A DNA stretch of 64,000 nt. It comes from Lama glama (lineage: Eukaryota). Both the position numbers and the translations under genes were made by a program. The stretch covers positions 70,992,001 to 71,056,000 of the forward strand of contig CM052816.1 of the NCBI GenBank assembly GCA_028534125.1. Reading direction: 5' to 3'. Below the pieces are notes generated by a model. It searched no databases and had not been told where the DNA came from. It saw nothing but the letters and a program-made list of their open reading frames with translations. This document shows, one piece after another, positions 24,536-36,320 of this stretch; position 1 is the stretch's first letter, and every line of letters begins with the position of its first letter.

Positions 24536-27410
24536 ATTCTCTATGCAAATGTATCTACTAATTCCTCTTGTAACCTAGTAGAAATGTGGGAAGTCCGGTT
24601 GATGTAAAATTGAATGTGTACCTCGTTATTTCTTACATTACCTTTTTCAGGAGTCTGCTTTGATTGTAGTTATCTATTTCAATAATACCAGTAGAGAGCT
24701 ATGATTTCCAAAATTTGTGTTGTGATAAAAACAAAGCAAATCTATTTATTTTCTATTCATGAGGATTTGGTCATTAAATTCTACATTGTTTATCAAACAT
24801 AGTAATTAAAAGACATGAGCTTTCTGAGAAGAATTAAAATCATCATTCACTTGATTTAAGATTCATAGTTAATTTCTTTAAGTGTCCTCAAATGGTATTC
24901 TGAAAGTTTGACAGCTCCTAGAAATGTGCCCATGTAACATAGCAAATTTACTTACAGGTTGTGGGATTAGAAATGATGAGTCGGATCTCAGAACTTCTTC
25001 AATTTAAAGTTCTATTTGCACTGAGACAGTCATACATAAGTTTGGTTGGCTGAATTACAGAGTGAACATAGGGAAACCTACTCAATCACGTTTAGGTAGA
25101 TCAGATAATACCTATTACTCACGATCCCAGTCTTTCCTTACCTCAAGTCTTTCCTACAGAATGGTAACTAACTTTTCTCATTACTCAGTTTCACTCTCAA
25201 TTGTCCATAACTCTCTAATATAATCCTATGATGACAATCATACTATTGGCAGAAAGCACCTTGGATTTCTTTGCTCATTTTTCTTTCACTGGCAGCAACA
25301 CCATTTCTCTGACCTCTTTATACAGACACCTGCTTCTGGACTGGGTATTTCGTATAATGCAAGAAAACCACAAAAATGCTTCCCTGAAGATGGAGGATGG
25401 GCAAAACATTAAAACAAGTAATAATGGAAAGGCGGGTAATGTTAAATTTTGTGATAGGATTTGTTTACTGGAAAAAATAATTGCTTTCCTTTAATTTCAT
25501 GAGACAATCTGCTCTGTCAGCTTGGAATTTTCTATTGAAATAGGAAATATTTGTATTTGGAGATCTGTTGTGAAAGAAAATATTTTTGAAGTAGATACAT
25601 TACTTTCTAGTGATAAAAGCAACATGATGACCATTTAGATTTTCTCTATCATTGATTTTTAAGCAGCAGAGACTAACAGAAGAGTATTGTAACTAAGAGT
25701 ATTGTGGCTCAGGTAACTGGATGAATTTCCATGGGAATATCAGTTGCTGTCAACTGAACTCATTTTATTTTAACTGGAGTATGTAAAAACTTACTTTTCT
25801 TGCCTATCACTATTTATACTCACAGGATGTTGTTAACAATAACCTGAATCCATAATAAGACAGCACAATTCCTTAAATATCTTCTCCTGAGCTAGACTAA
25901 TAACCTATCATCTTCTATGAATGCTAGTACTAGCTTGAATTTAATTTCTCAAGTAGAATAATTTTATATAAACCTAGCCCAGTGGGTCACTGGAAATTGA
26001 TGTTCTGCCCTGCCATTAAGGAACGAAGGAAAAATTCCTTATCAGCATTAGAGTGCAGGCCTATGCAAAGTAAATAACAGGAACCTCCAATCACTAACAG
26101 GTAATATATAAGGTACTATTAAAAGTAAATTCATTTGGGACTGACAAAAACTGAGAAAGCTACAAGCATAGATTTATTTTGTATATACCAAAGGATAGTG
26201 ATAAAAAAAGATAACACTCACATAATGAAATTTAGGACAGATACCAACATATACCTCTAAGATTCACCTGCCCTTAAATCAGAGACCTTCAAGTACCTGC
26301 CATTCAAGAGGAGGATGAGTGTCATTTAACAAAAATCATGGTGAAAATGTTCTATCGATTGTTTTCTCAAACTAATTTTAAAATAGAACATACCATATTT
26401 GCATAGGAAAACTTATTTAGTTTCATTTCCTCCAGCAATTATTTGCCAAAGCTATTTTATACTTCCAAAATAAAGTGAAGAAATTCAAAGACTACCTGCA
26501 TGATATTTATGCAACATATGCTTTTTACAAGGTTTACATAAGACTTCTTGTAATGGAAGCGGGTAGGGAAGCAGGGGCAGTAAGAGAAAGAGTGGAATCT
26601 TATATGTGGTCTAAAAAGCACTTCTATTTCCCACTTTTCCCCCTCGTAAATGAAGACAGGATGAACAGCTAAAATTACTAATTGGTTTACTGATCAGTTG
26701 TACTTTGTTCGATTGATTTGCAATTAATTCTGGTTTGTGGTGCGCTGAAGAAGAAGGTTGGCGCCAACCTTTGAGGCAGCTGATACTTAATACCCTGCTG
26801 GAGACGGCAGATCAGGGTATCAATATTCGGTCTGGAGACAGCTCCTAGACCCTCTCATGAAGAATTGCTCTGCTCCCTCTTTCTAGGGAGGCTGAATTCA
26901 TATTATTTGTTTCAAGTAATAATAAAATGTAAGCTTTTTAATTTTATGTTTAATCTTGCATAATTAGGAACAAAAGCACCACATACCAACACAATTTCAG
27001 GCATATAAATCCTTTTGATCATTGTTTTTCTTCCTATCTGTACTGCAAACTCCACATATAGCCATATAGTCACACACAGGCACCCGCCAACACACACACA
27101 GTCTCAACTGGCTAAAGAGAATCTGATGAATTTATTCCTACAAAGTAGAAAAGATTAATGAAAACTCAAGTATTAAACTTCCTAAGTTCATTTTAAATAT
27201 AATTTACATTTCAAATATCAGAATCAGAGGGCTGAAAAAATAAAGTTCTAATGTTGAAATTACCATTGTTAGGCAATCAATTGGTCAAAAGTGTGAAAGG
27301 CAAAAATACCTTACTGGTCTTCATGACATTGTGCACTTGCTGACTCTGCTAATACTAGTACCCCTATAACAATTCTTTACTAAGAAAATTATGTTTCATG
27401 CCTTCTGTTC

Positions 27411-27885
27411 CTTTTTTCTTTAACTTATATAGATGTTTATTAAGATTGATTTTAAAAATTGAAGTATAGTTCATTTACAATATTGTGTTAGTTTCAGATG
27501 TACAGCAAAGTGATTCAGTTATATATATATTTTTTTCAGCTTGTTTTCCATTATAAGTTATTACAAGATATTGAATATAGTTCCCTGTACTCTACAGCAA
27601 ATCCTTGTTGCTTACCTGTTTTATATATGGTAGTGTGTATCTGTTAATCCCATACTCCTAATTCATCCTTCCCTACCCTTTGGTAACCATAAGTTTGTTT
27701 TCTATGTCTGTGAGTCTGTTTCTGTTTTGTAAATAAATTCATTTGTACCCTTTTTGTTTTAGATTCTACATGTAAGTGATATCCTATGGTATTTTTATTT
27801 CTCTGTCTGACTTACTTCGCTGACTATCATATTCTCTAGGTCTATCCATGTTGCTGCAAATGGTAATATTTCATTCTTTTTTATG
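27411..27885 (-). mobile_element. Short 5'-truncated artiodactyl-type L1 with TSD
   Basis: Same 3'UTR type as 14035-15804. ORF 27795-27986 includes KKNEILPFAATWIDLENMIVSEVSQTEK. TSD tcatgccttctgttc (27396-27410) vs tcatgacttctgttc (27886-27900), 14/15 identical. Confidence 0.95.
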
Positions 27886-28229
27886 TCATGACTTCTGTTC
27901 TTAAGTGATATTTTTTCTGGCCATTTCCAATCTTTTATGAGGCTTTTAACAGTGTCACTTGTGTTTACTGTGTTTTTTATGATCAAGACTATATTGATGT
28001 CAATATTATAAAATTATTTGACCTTGTTTAATAAGAATCAAAATCACAATGCATATTTTTCTGACCATAAAATCTAAAATAATCCTGTATAGATACAGGA
28101 TGTAAAGTTTCACAAAAATTTTTAAACATTACTTGTATATATTCATAATGGTAAAATGTCTTACATTAACTGCTGATTCTCTGAAGCGTGTAAGCACATT
28201 TTTCTTCCAGGATTACCTAAATAAGCACC

Positions 28230-28660
28230 ATATCAATTAGGATTGCATTGTGGTGCACTTAACAAAAACCTAAGTGGCTTATTACATGTCTGCTTATTTG
28301 TTTGTTTGTTTGTTTTTTACCTGATATGGAGCCTAGGGTCAGGCAAGACATGGCTGATAGTACTACTTAAGAACTAGGCTCTTCCCCTCTTACTTTGCAT
28401 CCTTAGGGCATGACTAATTTTCATGGTTGATAATCATCTGTTCCACTTTCCAGGTAGAAGGATGGATAAAAGAAAGAAAGCAAATAGCAAAAACAGCCTT
28501 GGCTGGCCCATCCAGTGGCTTGAGCTTACTGGTTAGCATCACATGGACATACCTAATTACAAGGAATTCTGAAAAGTGAATAGGTTGAATGGGCACATTA
28601 CTATCTTAAAACAAAAATGGAGTTCTCTTGAAAAAGAAAAAAATGAGGATCGATATTAAA
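28230..28660 (-). mobile_element. MaLR solo LTR (old MLT1, K/L-like)
   Basis: catcacatggacatacctaattacaaggaattctgaaaagtgaat...gggcacatt...aacaaaaatggagttct is typical antisense MLT1K/L. Confidence 0.7.
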
Positions 28661-28734
28661 TTTAATATTCTCTTATTTAATATCCACATTTAAGGCTCCA
28701 AGATTCTATTTTTTTTAAAATTTACCTTACCTTA

Positions 28735-28901
28735 TTTGCAATTACTTATTTAACGTTTATTTCTGTCTCCTCCTAGTAAAATAAAAGCTCCAAAAGAGTG
28801 GGGACTTTCTTTTCTTTTTGCTCATTTTATTTTTAGGACCTAGACTAGTTCTTGAAGCACAGTAGTCATTTGATGTATTTTTGTTGAATGAATGAATGAA
28901 T
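28735..28901 (+). mobile_element. L2 3' end
   Basis: ctagtaaaataaaagctccaaaagagtggggacttt...gcacagtagtcatttgatgtatttttgttgaatgaatgaatgaat (TGAA tail). Confidence 0.85.
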
Positions 28902-29990
28902 TTATTCATTCCTGAATTCAATACAAGTATATTGAATATCTACTTTGCTTTCCAAAGCTAAACAGAAGGCTAAGTGCTAAAAGTACAAATTCAGATAATG
29001 TTAGTTTTCTAACATCAAAGTGCTTAAAATTTGTGATATGAAGTCAGTCATGGAAACAGGTGAAATGATACATGATAAAGGCCATGATGAAGGTTTGTAC
29101 ATGGAAGATTTCCTGGAGGTAGGACATCTAAACCCAAGTTCAGAATAAAAGGTTCTGTGAGCCAGGGGACAGTTCGGTGGGATGTGGATGGGCAACATGA
29201 GAAGGAGGAGATGTATCAATCAGTAGGGCAGAAGAATAGTATATGAAGTCAAGAGATCCTGGTACAGTTAGGAAACTCTAAATAGGCTTATATAACCAGA
29301 CAAGAGTTTGTGTGTGTTGGGCTTTGGGGAGGGGATGGTTGTGGGTGGGTGTTGATTGTGTGAGAAAGGTTGGTGTTACAAAACATAAAATTGGCTGTAA
29401 AAACAAAAGCCAGATTATGAAGAGCTTATTACTCAAGCTAAGGAGTTTGTTCTTGAAGGTAAATAGAACACTTGACACTATATAACATGATATGATTTTT
29501 AGAAGTACATACGGTAATTCAGAGGTAAGAAAAAAAGCTGAGAGCAAAAAGACAGTTTAAAACAGTTGCAATAAATCAGAAGAGAAATTAGAAGTACTGG
29601 AGATAAGGATCAGGGAATAAAAGGAGATTCCTAAAGAGAGTATCACATGACATGGCAGCAGTTTGGGTAGTGGGTTGATATAAGAAAGGGAAGAGTCATG
29701 GATGGCATGATTTCTGAACTGGTTAGATGGAAATATAGGAGGTTTTATGCCTCGAGGCGCACAGAGTGAAGAATTTGGTTTTCCAAGTGTTCAGTTGCAT
29801 TTTCAGGACATTCAGTGGAGCTATCTAGTCTATCAGAGCTCTGAAAAGAGAAATGCATAAGAAATTCAACTGTAAGACATGAATAAACAACTTATAAGTG
29901 AATTCACAGAGTAAATATATTCAACTAGGGGGCTGAGAAAGATGAGAAGAGTCAAGGACAGAACTCTGCAGAACACCAAGTTTTAAGAAG
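28902..29990 (-). mobile_element. L2 3' portion, tail-to-tail with the preceding L2
   Basis: attcattcctgaattcaatacaagtatattgaatatctact, followed by purine-rich antisense L2 (gccagattatgaagagctt...gctaaggagtttg; aaggacagaactctgcagaacacca). Confidence 0.8.
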
Positions 29991-30629
29991 GCCATAGCAG
30001 CTCATTCATTTTCTAGAGAGTAAGTCCACCATTACTAACATGGTTCCTTTCTTTTAGAAAGTACTGTCATTATAAAAGTGTCTCATTAACATTTGTAACT
30101 AAGGGAATCCTAGGTCCAAACAGAATGACTCTCACTACTAAATCCTGCATCTCCTAGAGCATCTACAAAGTTCTGGGCACATGACTGGCACTCAAGTGAT
30201 TTTATTTTTCTGTTATTTAGTATCCTACCAACTCGAATTAGAATTAGGGTTAGAGAATAGGATATCATCTGACTTAGCGACAATCAGAATTGTCACTGAA
30301 TTATCAGAATTTAGTGAGAATCAGAATTTATTTTTAAACCACTTCTTACCTTAAAGAATGGTACTTCACATGTGAAAATATAACTGGCTAATCAGTTATT
30401 GTAAGTTAAAGAAAATACCTCACACATCTCACAAAAGGCCTAAATTAATAGGTTAAATAATCAACTATTAGATCAAATGAGATTTTTGATAATGTCTTAA
30501 CATAGTGAATCTTGGATTTAAAAAAAAAAAAGAAGCATTTTATTTATTTATTTTTATGGCTCTGGTATTGAATGGTCACCCTTCATTTCTAGGTAAGTTT
30601 GTGGTCAGTTTGAAAAAGGGTATATTTGT

Positions 30630-32226
30630 TTGGTTTCCTCTACCCCAGCTTTATTGAGGATGTAATTGATACTAACATTGCATAACTTTAAGATGTACAA
30701 TATGTTGATTTGACACATTTTGCAAAGTGATTACCACCATACTATTAGCTAATATTCCCATCAGGTCACATAATTACCATTTCTTTTTCTGTGGTGAGAA
30801 CATTTAAGATCTACTCTCTTAACAACTTTTAAGTATATGATAAAGTATTATTTACTATAATTACCATACTATACATTAAATCCCCAGAACTTATTCACTT
30901 ATAACTGTAAGTTGTACCCTTTGACTAACATCTCCCCATTTTTCCCTATTTCTTTGCTTTTTTAGACTCCATGTGTAAGTTACATTCTTCAATATTTGTT
31001 TTTCTCTGACTTATATCACTTAGCATAATGCCCTTATTTCATCCATGTTGTCAAAAATGGTAGGATTTCTTTCTTTCTCATGACTAAGTAGTATTCCATT
31101 AAGTATATAGATAGATATTAATCTATATTTATTTCTATTTTTATATCTATGTCTATAATCACATCTAATTTATCCATTCATCCATTGATGAACACCAAAC
31201 ATCTAGATTGTTTCTGTATTTGGCTGTTGTGAGTAGTGCTGCCGCAGACATGTGAGTATAGGTATCTCTTCAAGATTCTGTTTTCATTTCCTTTGAGTAT
31301 ATACCGAAAAGTGAGATTGCTAGATCATATATAGTAGTAGTAGTCTATTTTCAATTTTTGAGGAACCCTCCATATTGTTTTCTGTAGTGGCAATACCCAC
31401 CAACAGTGCACAAAGGTCCCTTTTCCTCTGCAACCTCACCAACACATGTTATATCTTATTTTCTTGATGATAGCCATTCTAATAGGTGTGAGGTGATACT
31501 TATTGTAGTTTTAATTTGCATTTCTCTGATGATTAGTGATGTCTAGCATCTTTCCATGTACATGTTGGCCATTTTTACATCTTTTTTTGAAAAATGTCTA
31601 TTCAGTTCTTCTGCCCATTTTTCTAATTGGATTGTTTGTTCTTTCCTATTGAATTTCATGAATTCTTTATATGTTTTGGATATTAACTTCTTATCAAATA
31701 TGTGATTTACATATGTTTTCTTCCATTCCTTACGTTGCCTTTCCATCTTGATAGTTTCTTTTGCTGTGCATAATATTTTTAGTTTGATGTAGTCCCATTT
31801 ATTAATTTTTGCCCTTGTTACTTGTGCTTTTCATCATATCCCAAAACAAATCATTGCTATGACTAAGTTTAAGCTTTTTTTCCTATGTTTTATTCTAGGG
31901 GTTTTATGGTTTCAGTTCATACGGTTTTAAGTCTGATTCATTTCAAGTTTATTTCATTTTCAGTTCATATTTATTCTTCTACCTGTGGTTATTCATTTAT
32001 CCCAACACCATTTACTTAAGAGATTATCCTTTTCCCATTGAGTAGTCTTGGTTCTTTTGTCAAATATTAGATAACCAGGTATGTGAGGGTTTATTTCTGG
32101 GCTCTGGATTTCTGTTTTGTTGGTCTATGTATCTGTTTTTAGGCCAGTACCATAGTGCTTTGATTATTATAGTTTCGTAGTGTAGTTTTAAATCAGAACG
32201 TGTGATGCCTCCAGCTTTGTTCTTTA
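30630..32226 (-). mobile_element. 5'-truncated L1 (L1MA9-like)
   Basis: gtggtgagaacatttaagatctactctctt 3'UTR motif; ORFs 31543-31746 and 32060-32284 give ORF2 fragments ([29 protein letters not shown]). Confidence 0.93.
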
Positions 32227-35200
32227 AGAAGGAGTTTGGAACATATTTTTCCAACAGTGTGTAATCTTTAGATTTAGAGACCAAGTCCTAGGCCATGGAT
32301 GTAATTTCATTGAGGACATTTATTCTTCTGGTCATAGTTAGAAACTCCTTTTGGATTTAAATCTAAGTCCTGATTTTGGACAACCATTCTAATTCAATTA
32401 TGTTTTTAGGCTTTCTAATGAAGAACACAACATTTATAATTTCACATGTTTATATTAATCTCTGAGTATCAGTGATTGGAGGTATTGACTAAATAACCAT
32501 GCCTATCATTTAACTGTAAGTATTATTTGGACACTGAAATGCCTCTAAGATCAGAAAAACAGTGACAATCTAATGATCATTAATAAATGCACAAAACTTC
32601 TAAGTAATGGAATCAATTAAATATAAAATTGTCCAATTAAATTAAAATATAATTATCATTTTCTGTTTTATGAATGGAAACATGATTTGTAGCTAAGCAT
32701 TTTCGCCAAAATGTATTAATTATATTTTAGACCACATACTCTACTTTTTCCAGAAGAGAGTGGATAGACAGGAAATGTGGGGCTAATAGAAAGAATATGC
32801 AGAAGATGTTATGAGGAGATGAACACTTTTGGGTAGCATTTTAAGTCTGATTCAAAAACCCTGGGTACCTGGAAATGCCATCTAATAAATGTAGGACAAT
32901 GTTAATGCATTGTTAGCATTGCTCACATGTAGCATGGCTCTCTTACATGGGTCAATATGACTGATACACAGCCAGCACCAAGGCTGATATTCAAACTTTC
33001 TATTTTACTCATCAGTTGATTTAGAAGATTGACTTTGCCATTGCTTTACACTTCTCATTAATGTTTCTTTTCTTACCTTTCAACTTAGACTTTACAGGGT
33101 TTTCTGTACACTTAGTCCCTTGTAGGGAAAAAAAATGCCTAAATTAACTTGTAGCAACTTGTGGAATTAATTTTAAGTATGACATAACTTTTTTCCCCCC
33201 ACATATTATTCAAGAAAATCTATCTTGCTACAAAAGAAGTTTCAATGAATAAACAAAGAATGCATTAAGATTACTCTGTTGTGTTACTTGGCAATGAGAA
33301 TAGTCTCATCCCACCTGGAATACATTTTACACAAGTGGTGCCTACTTGTATTACTATAATTTTAATTTCAGCACAGCTGAGTTCTGATTTCCAACAAGCC
33401 TAATCTTGACTCTTACTCTTATGTGATACATTAATACCTTACAATGGAGGCCATCTTTATAAATGGACACTTTTTTTCTTTCCATTAGGAATGTGATAGC
33501 ATGCTACAGATGTATAACCAAAAAAGAACAAAATAGAGCAAATAATAAGTTGTTCAGACTTAGCAGAACTAATAAATTAGGTATGTGATTTGAAATATTG
33601 AAGAACAGTGATAAGAAAATGAAATCTCAGACTACATATTACTCTAGAGTGCCCTTTTCACTCTCTTGTGATCTTGTTTCTGCTGCTGAATGAGTTTCGA
33701 GCTTCATTTAAAATCAGCTACATTAAGGACACTATAATCATCACAGAGCATCCCCATGAGAATGGAGAGAGGGTTTCTTGACTCCAGCGTAAGAAAGCTA
33801 TCTGTCACTTTATCTGACTGAGCTCTCTTAACTGATGCCAGACCTACTTATATAAAGGTACATGTATTTTGTTAGAGAAGCTTGTGTGGTTAGCAAGGAT
33901 GAGAGGCAAGATGGAGGGGGAAGGGGAATGCCTTTGCTAAATGAATAAGATGATCCGTGTGACTTTTTAACTGATCTATTCATTGTGATACTAAGTGTAC
34001 AGCTTCTTGATTGGAAGAACATGAATCCTTACGGGACAATTTCCTAGCTATGTCATAATTTAGTCAGCATGTCACATTATTTACATGTAATGAATCAAGA
34101 ACCCTAATACTGAGTCTAAGAAATCTATAGATCTACTGCTTGATAGGAGAAAACTACATGTTCTAGTATTTGAGCTGTAAAGTCCATAACTTACTATTAA
34201 ATGATCATCAGTCCAAAGGACAGTAGTTGGTAGAAAGGATATTAATGAAACATGGGATGTAATTCTTAAGTTCACGGATAAATAATTATACCACATGACA
34301 CTGATGTTGAATCTACAGGGTCAGAAAATGGAGAAAGCCACCATGAGGGGAGAGAGATAGAAGCACAGAAATAGAGGAATTGAATTAGATTGTGAGAGAC
34401 AGCGGAGACAGTGGTGAAATGAATCATTGTATCTTTCTTGTTTGTTTTTATTATCACACCCTTTTTAAAAGTACATTATCAAAAAATAGATGTGTTGTTT
34501 CAAGACGGCATCATCTTCATGAACCACACCACACATCCGTGGTTCCCTACAAATGAAAATAGCAAAAGTCATGCTTATTAAAAACTACTTGAAGGGAAGA
34601 GGAAAAGCTTGAGTGGAAAAGCATTCAAAAGATGCATTCTCAACGTAGCAAGCTTATGAGATATGTGCTGTTCAGGTCTAAAGTAGCAGTTATGGTGTGA
34701 CCACTCCCCAAGGGACAAATAACTTAATTGCAGGTTAAGAAGCAGATAAAGAAGACATGGGCAAGTCTTACAGACAGGGCAAAGGAGTATATTTTGTATA
34801 TGATTTTTTGGGAAGAAAGATTGGGAAGGATATCACAAACAGAAGACAGGAAATTGATGAAGCTATTAATAAATTAAACATTTTGACAGGGCAAGTGTTC
34901 ACATGCTACACAACAGAACGAACGTTATGACTGAGAAAATGCTGGGATTCTATCATACAGATGGTAGACTGGTGAGTGCTGCAGACCCTCCAAGTGTCTG
35001 TGCTGTTCTAGTCCCTTCCATGAAACTCTCAGGAATTTTCCCAAATCCTCAATTAAGTGGTTAAACCTGGAGTGGCAGGGTCTTTAGAACCCTGTCGCAG
35101 ATCTAAGGTCATCTTCCATTCTCATTGCAGCACTAGTGCTAATGGCTTACTATTATTCCAACACTGGGGCATCAACAAATATAACTTAAATTGTATTTTT

Positions 35201-35889
35201 TCTGTACAAAAATGAGAATAATGCCTTAAAAATTAGAAGTGGCACACAAATTTATAGACTTGTGCAGTTATAGTGGTACAGGTATACTGTTCTTGATAGA
35301 AATTAATTTGAAATATGGCTCTGTAACAGGAGTACCACAATCATACATAGAAAACACAAAATTTTCTTCAGTATTTATAGGCACTCTGTGTCCATCATTA
35401 GGCCAAGTGTTGGGAGTAATGGGAATGAATATAAAGTATTTGTAGAAAATTTACAAATCTTAAAGCTGCAAGGGGTCTTATTTGTCTCCTTCTCACAATG
35501 GTCAAGCATCACTGGGTAACAGATGTTTGCAGGAAAATGATGATATAATATTTTCTTTGTATTGTTTTCAGGCAACATTTTTAGAATGGATAACAAGGTG
35601 TCTGGACTGTAATGGAATTTAGCTTTTTCTTTCCAAATTCTAAAAGATTGTGTTCCATTGCTTATACCTGTTGTAGCTACCAAAACATCAGGCCATACTA
35701 CTAACCTTTTTTCCCCTAAGATCTTAATATATTTTACATTTCACTTTTGTTTTTTAACCTTTTTTCCAGGAAATATTTGTCCATTTAACTTTTTGCCCTC
35801 CAATCTTTTTTCAAAGGTATTTTAATCCACTTTCCATATAGCCAACAGTTGGGTTTAATGTCATTATTATTACTATTATTTTATATTAG

Positions 35890-36320
35890 ATTCTGTTTAA
35901 AAGCCCTCTATGGTTTTTCATTGTCTTTAGGATAAAAACAGAAATTTTCCACACTCTATCCTCTGTGCTTACCTTTCCAATTTTTCCTTGTGCATATTAC
36001 TCTCCTATGTCCTCAGCCTTTCACCCCTCCACGCACATACACTCTTTATTTTAGCCAACTTCTTTTATTTTTTGAAAATGTCACATGATCCTTAAACTTC
36101 AGGACTTTATACCAGACATTCCTTCTGTGTGGAATGCTTTCATCCCCTCTGCTCTTCCACACTCACCCAAATCCTACTGATTCTACAGATCTCAACGCTT
36201 TCATCTTGATTGTCTTCCCTATGTGTGTACAGACTATGCTTCCCTGAAGACCTAATATTTGCCACCATGTCTTGCACACAGTAGATGCTTGGCGAATATT
36301 AGTTACATAAATGCATGAAG
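35890..36320 (+). mobile_element. L2 3' fragment
   Basis: tttaaaagccctctatggtttttcattgtctttaggataaaa; ttccttctgtgtggaatgct; gcacacagtagatgcttggcgaatatt. Confidence 0.75.

Noticed and set aside
25681..25706. Short tandem duplication AAGAGTATTGT(AACT)
   Set aside because: Only two copies, ordinary slippage; not a CRISPR-like or spaced repeat array.
34347..34370. Kozak-like GCCACCATGA
   Set aside because: The ORF ends after five codons; no promoter or CpG island nearby.
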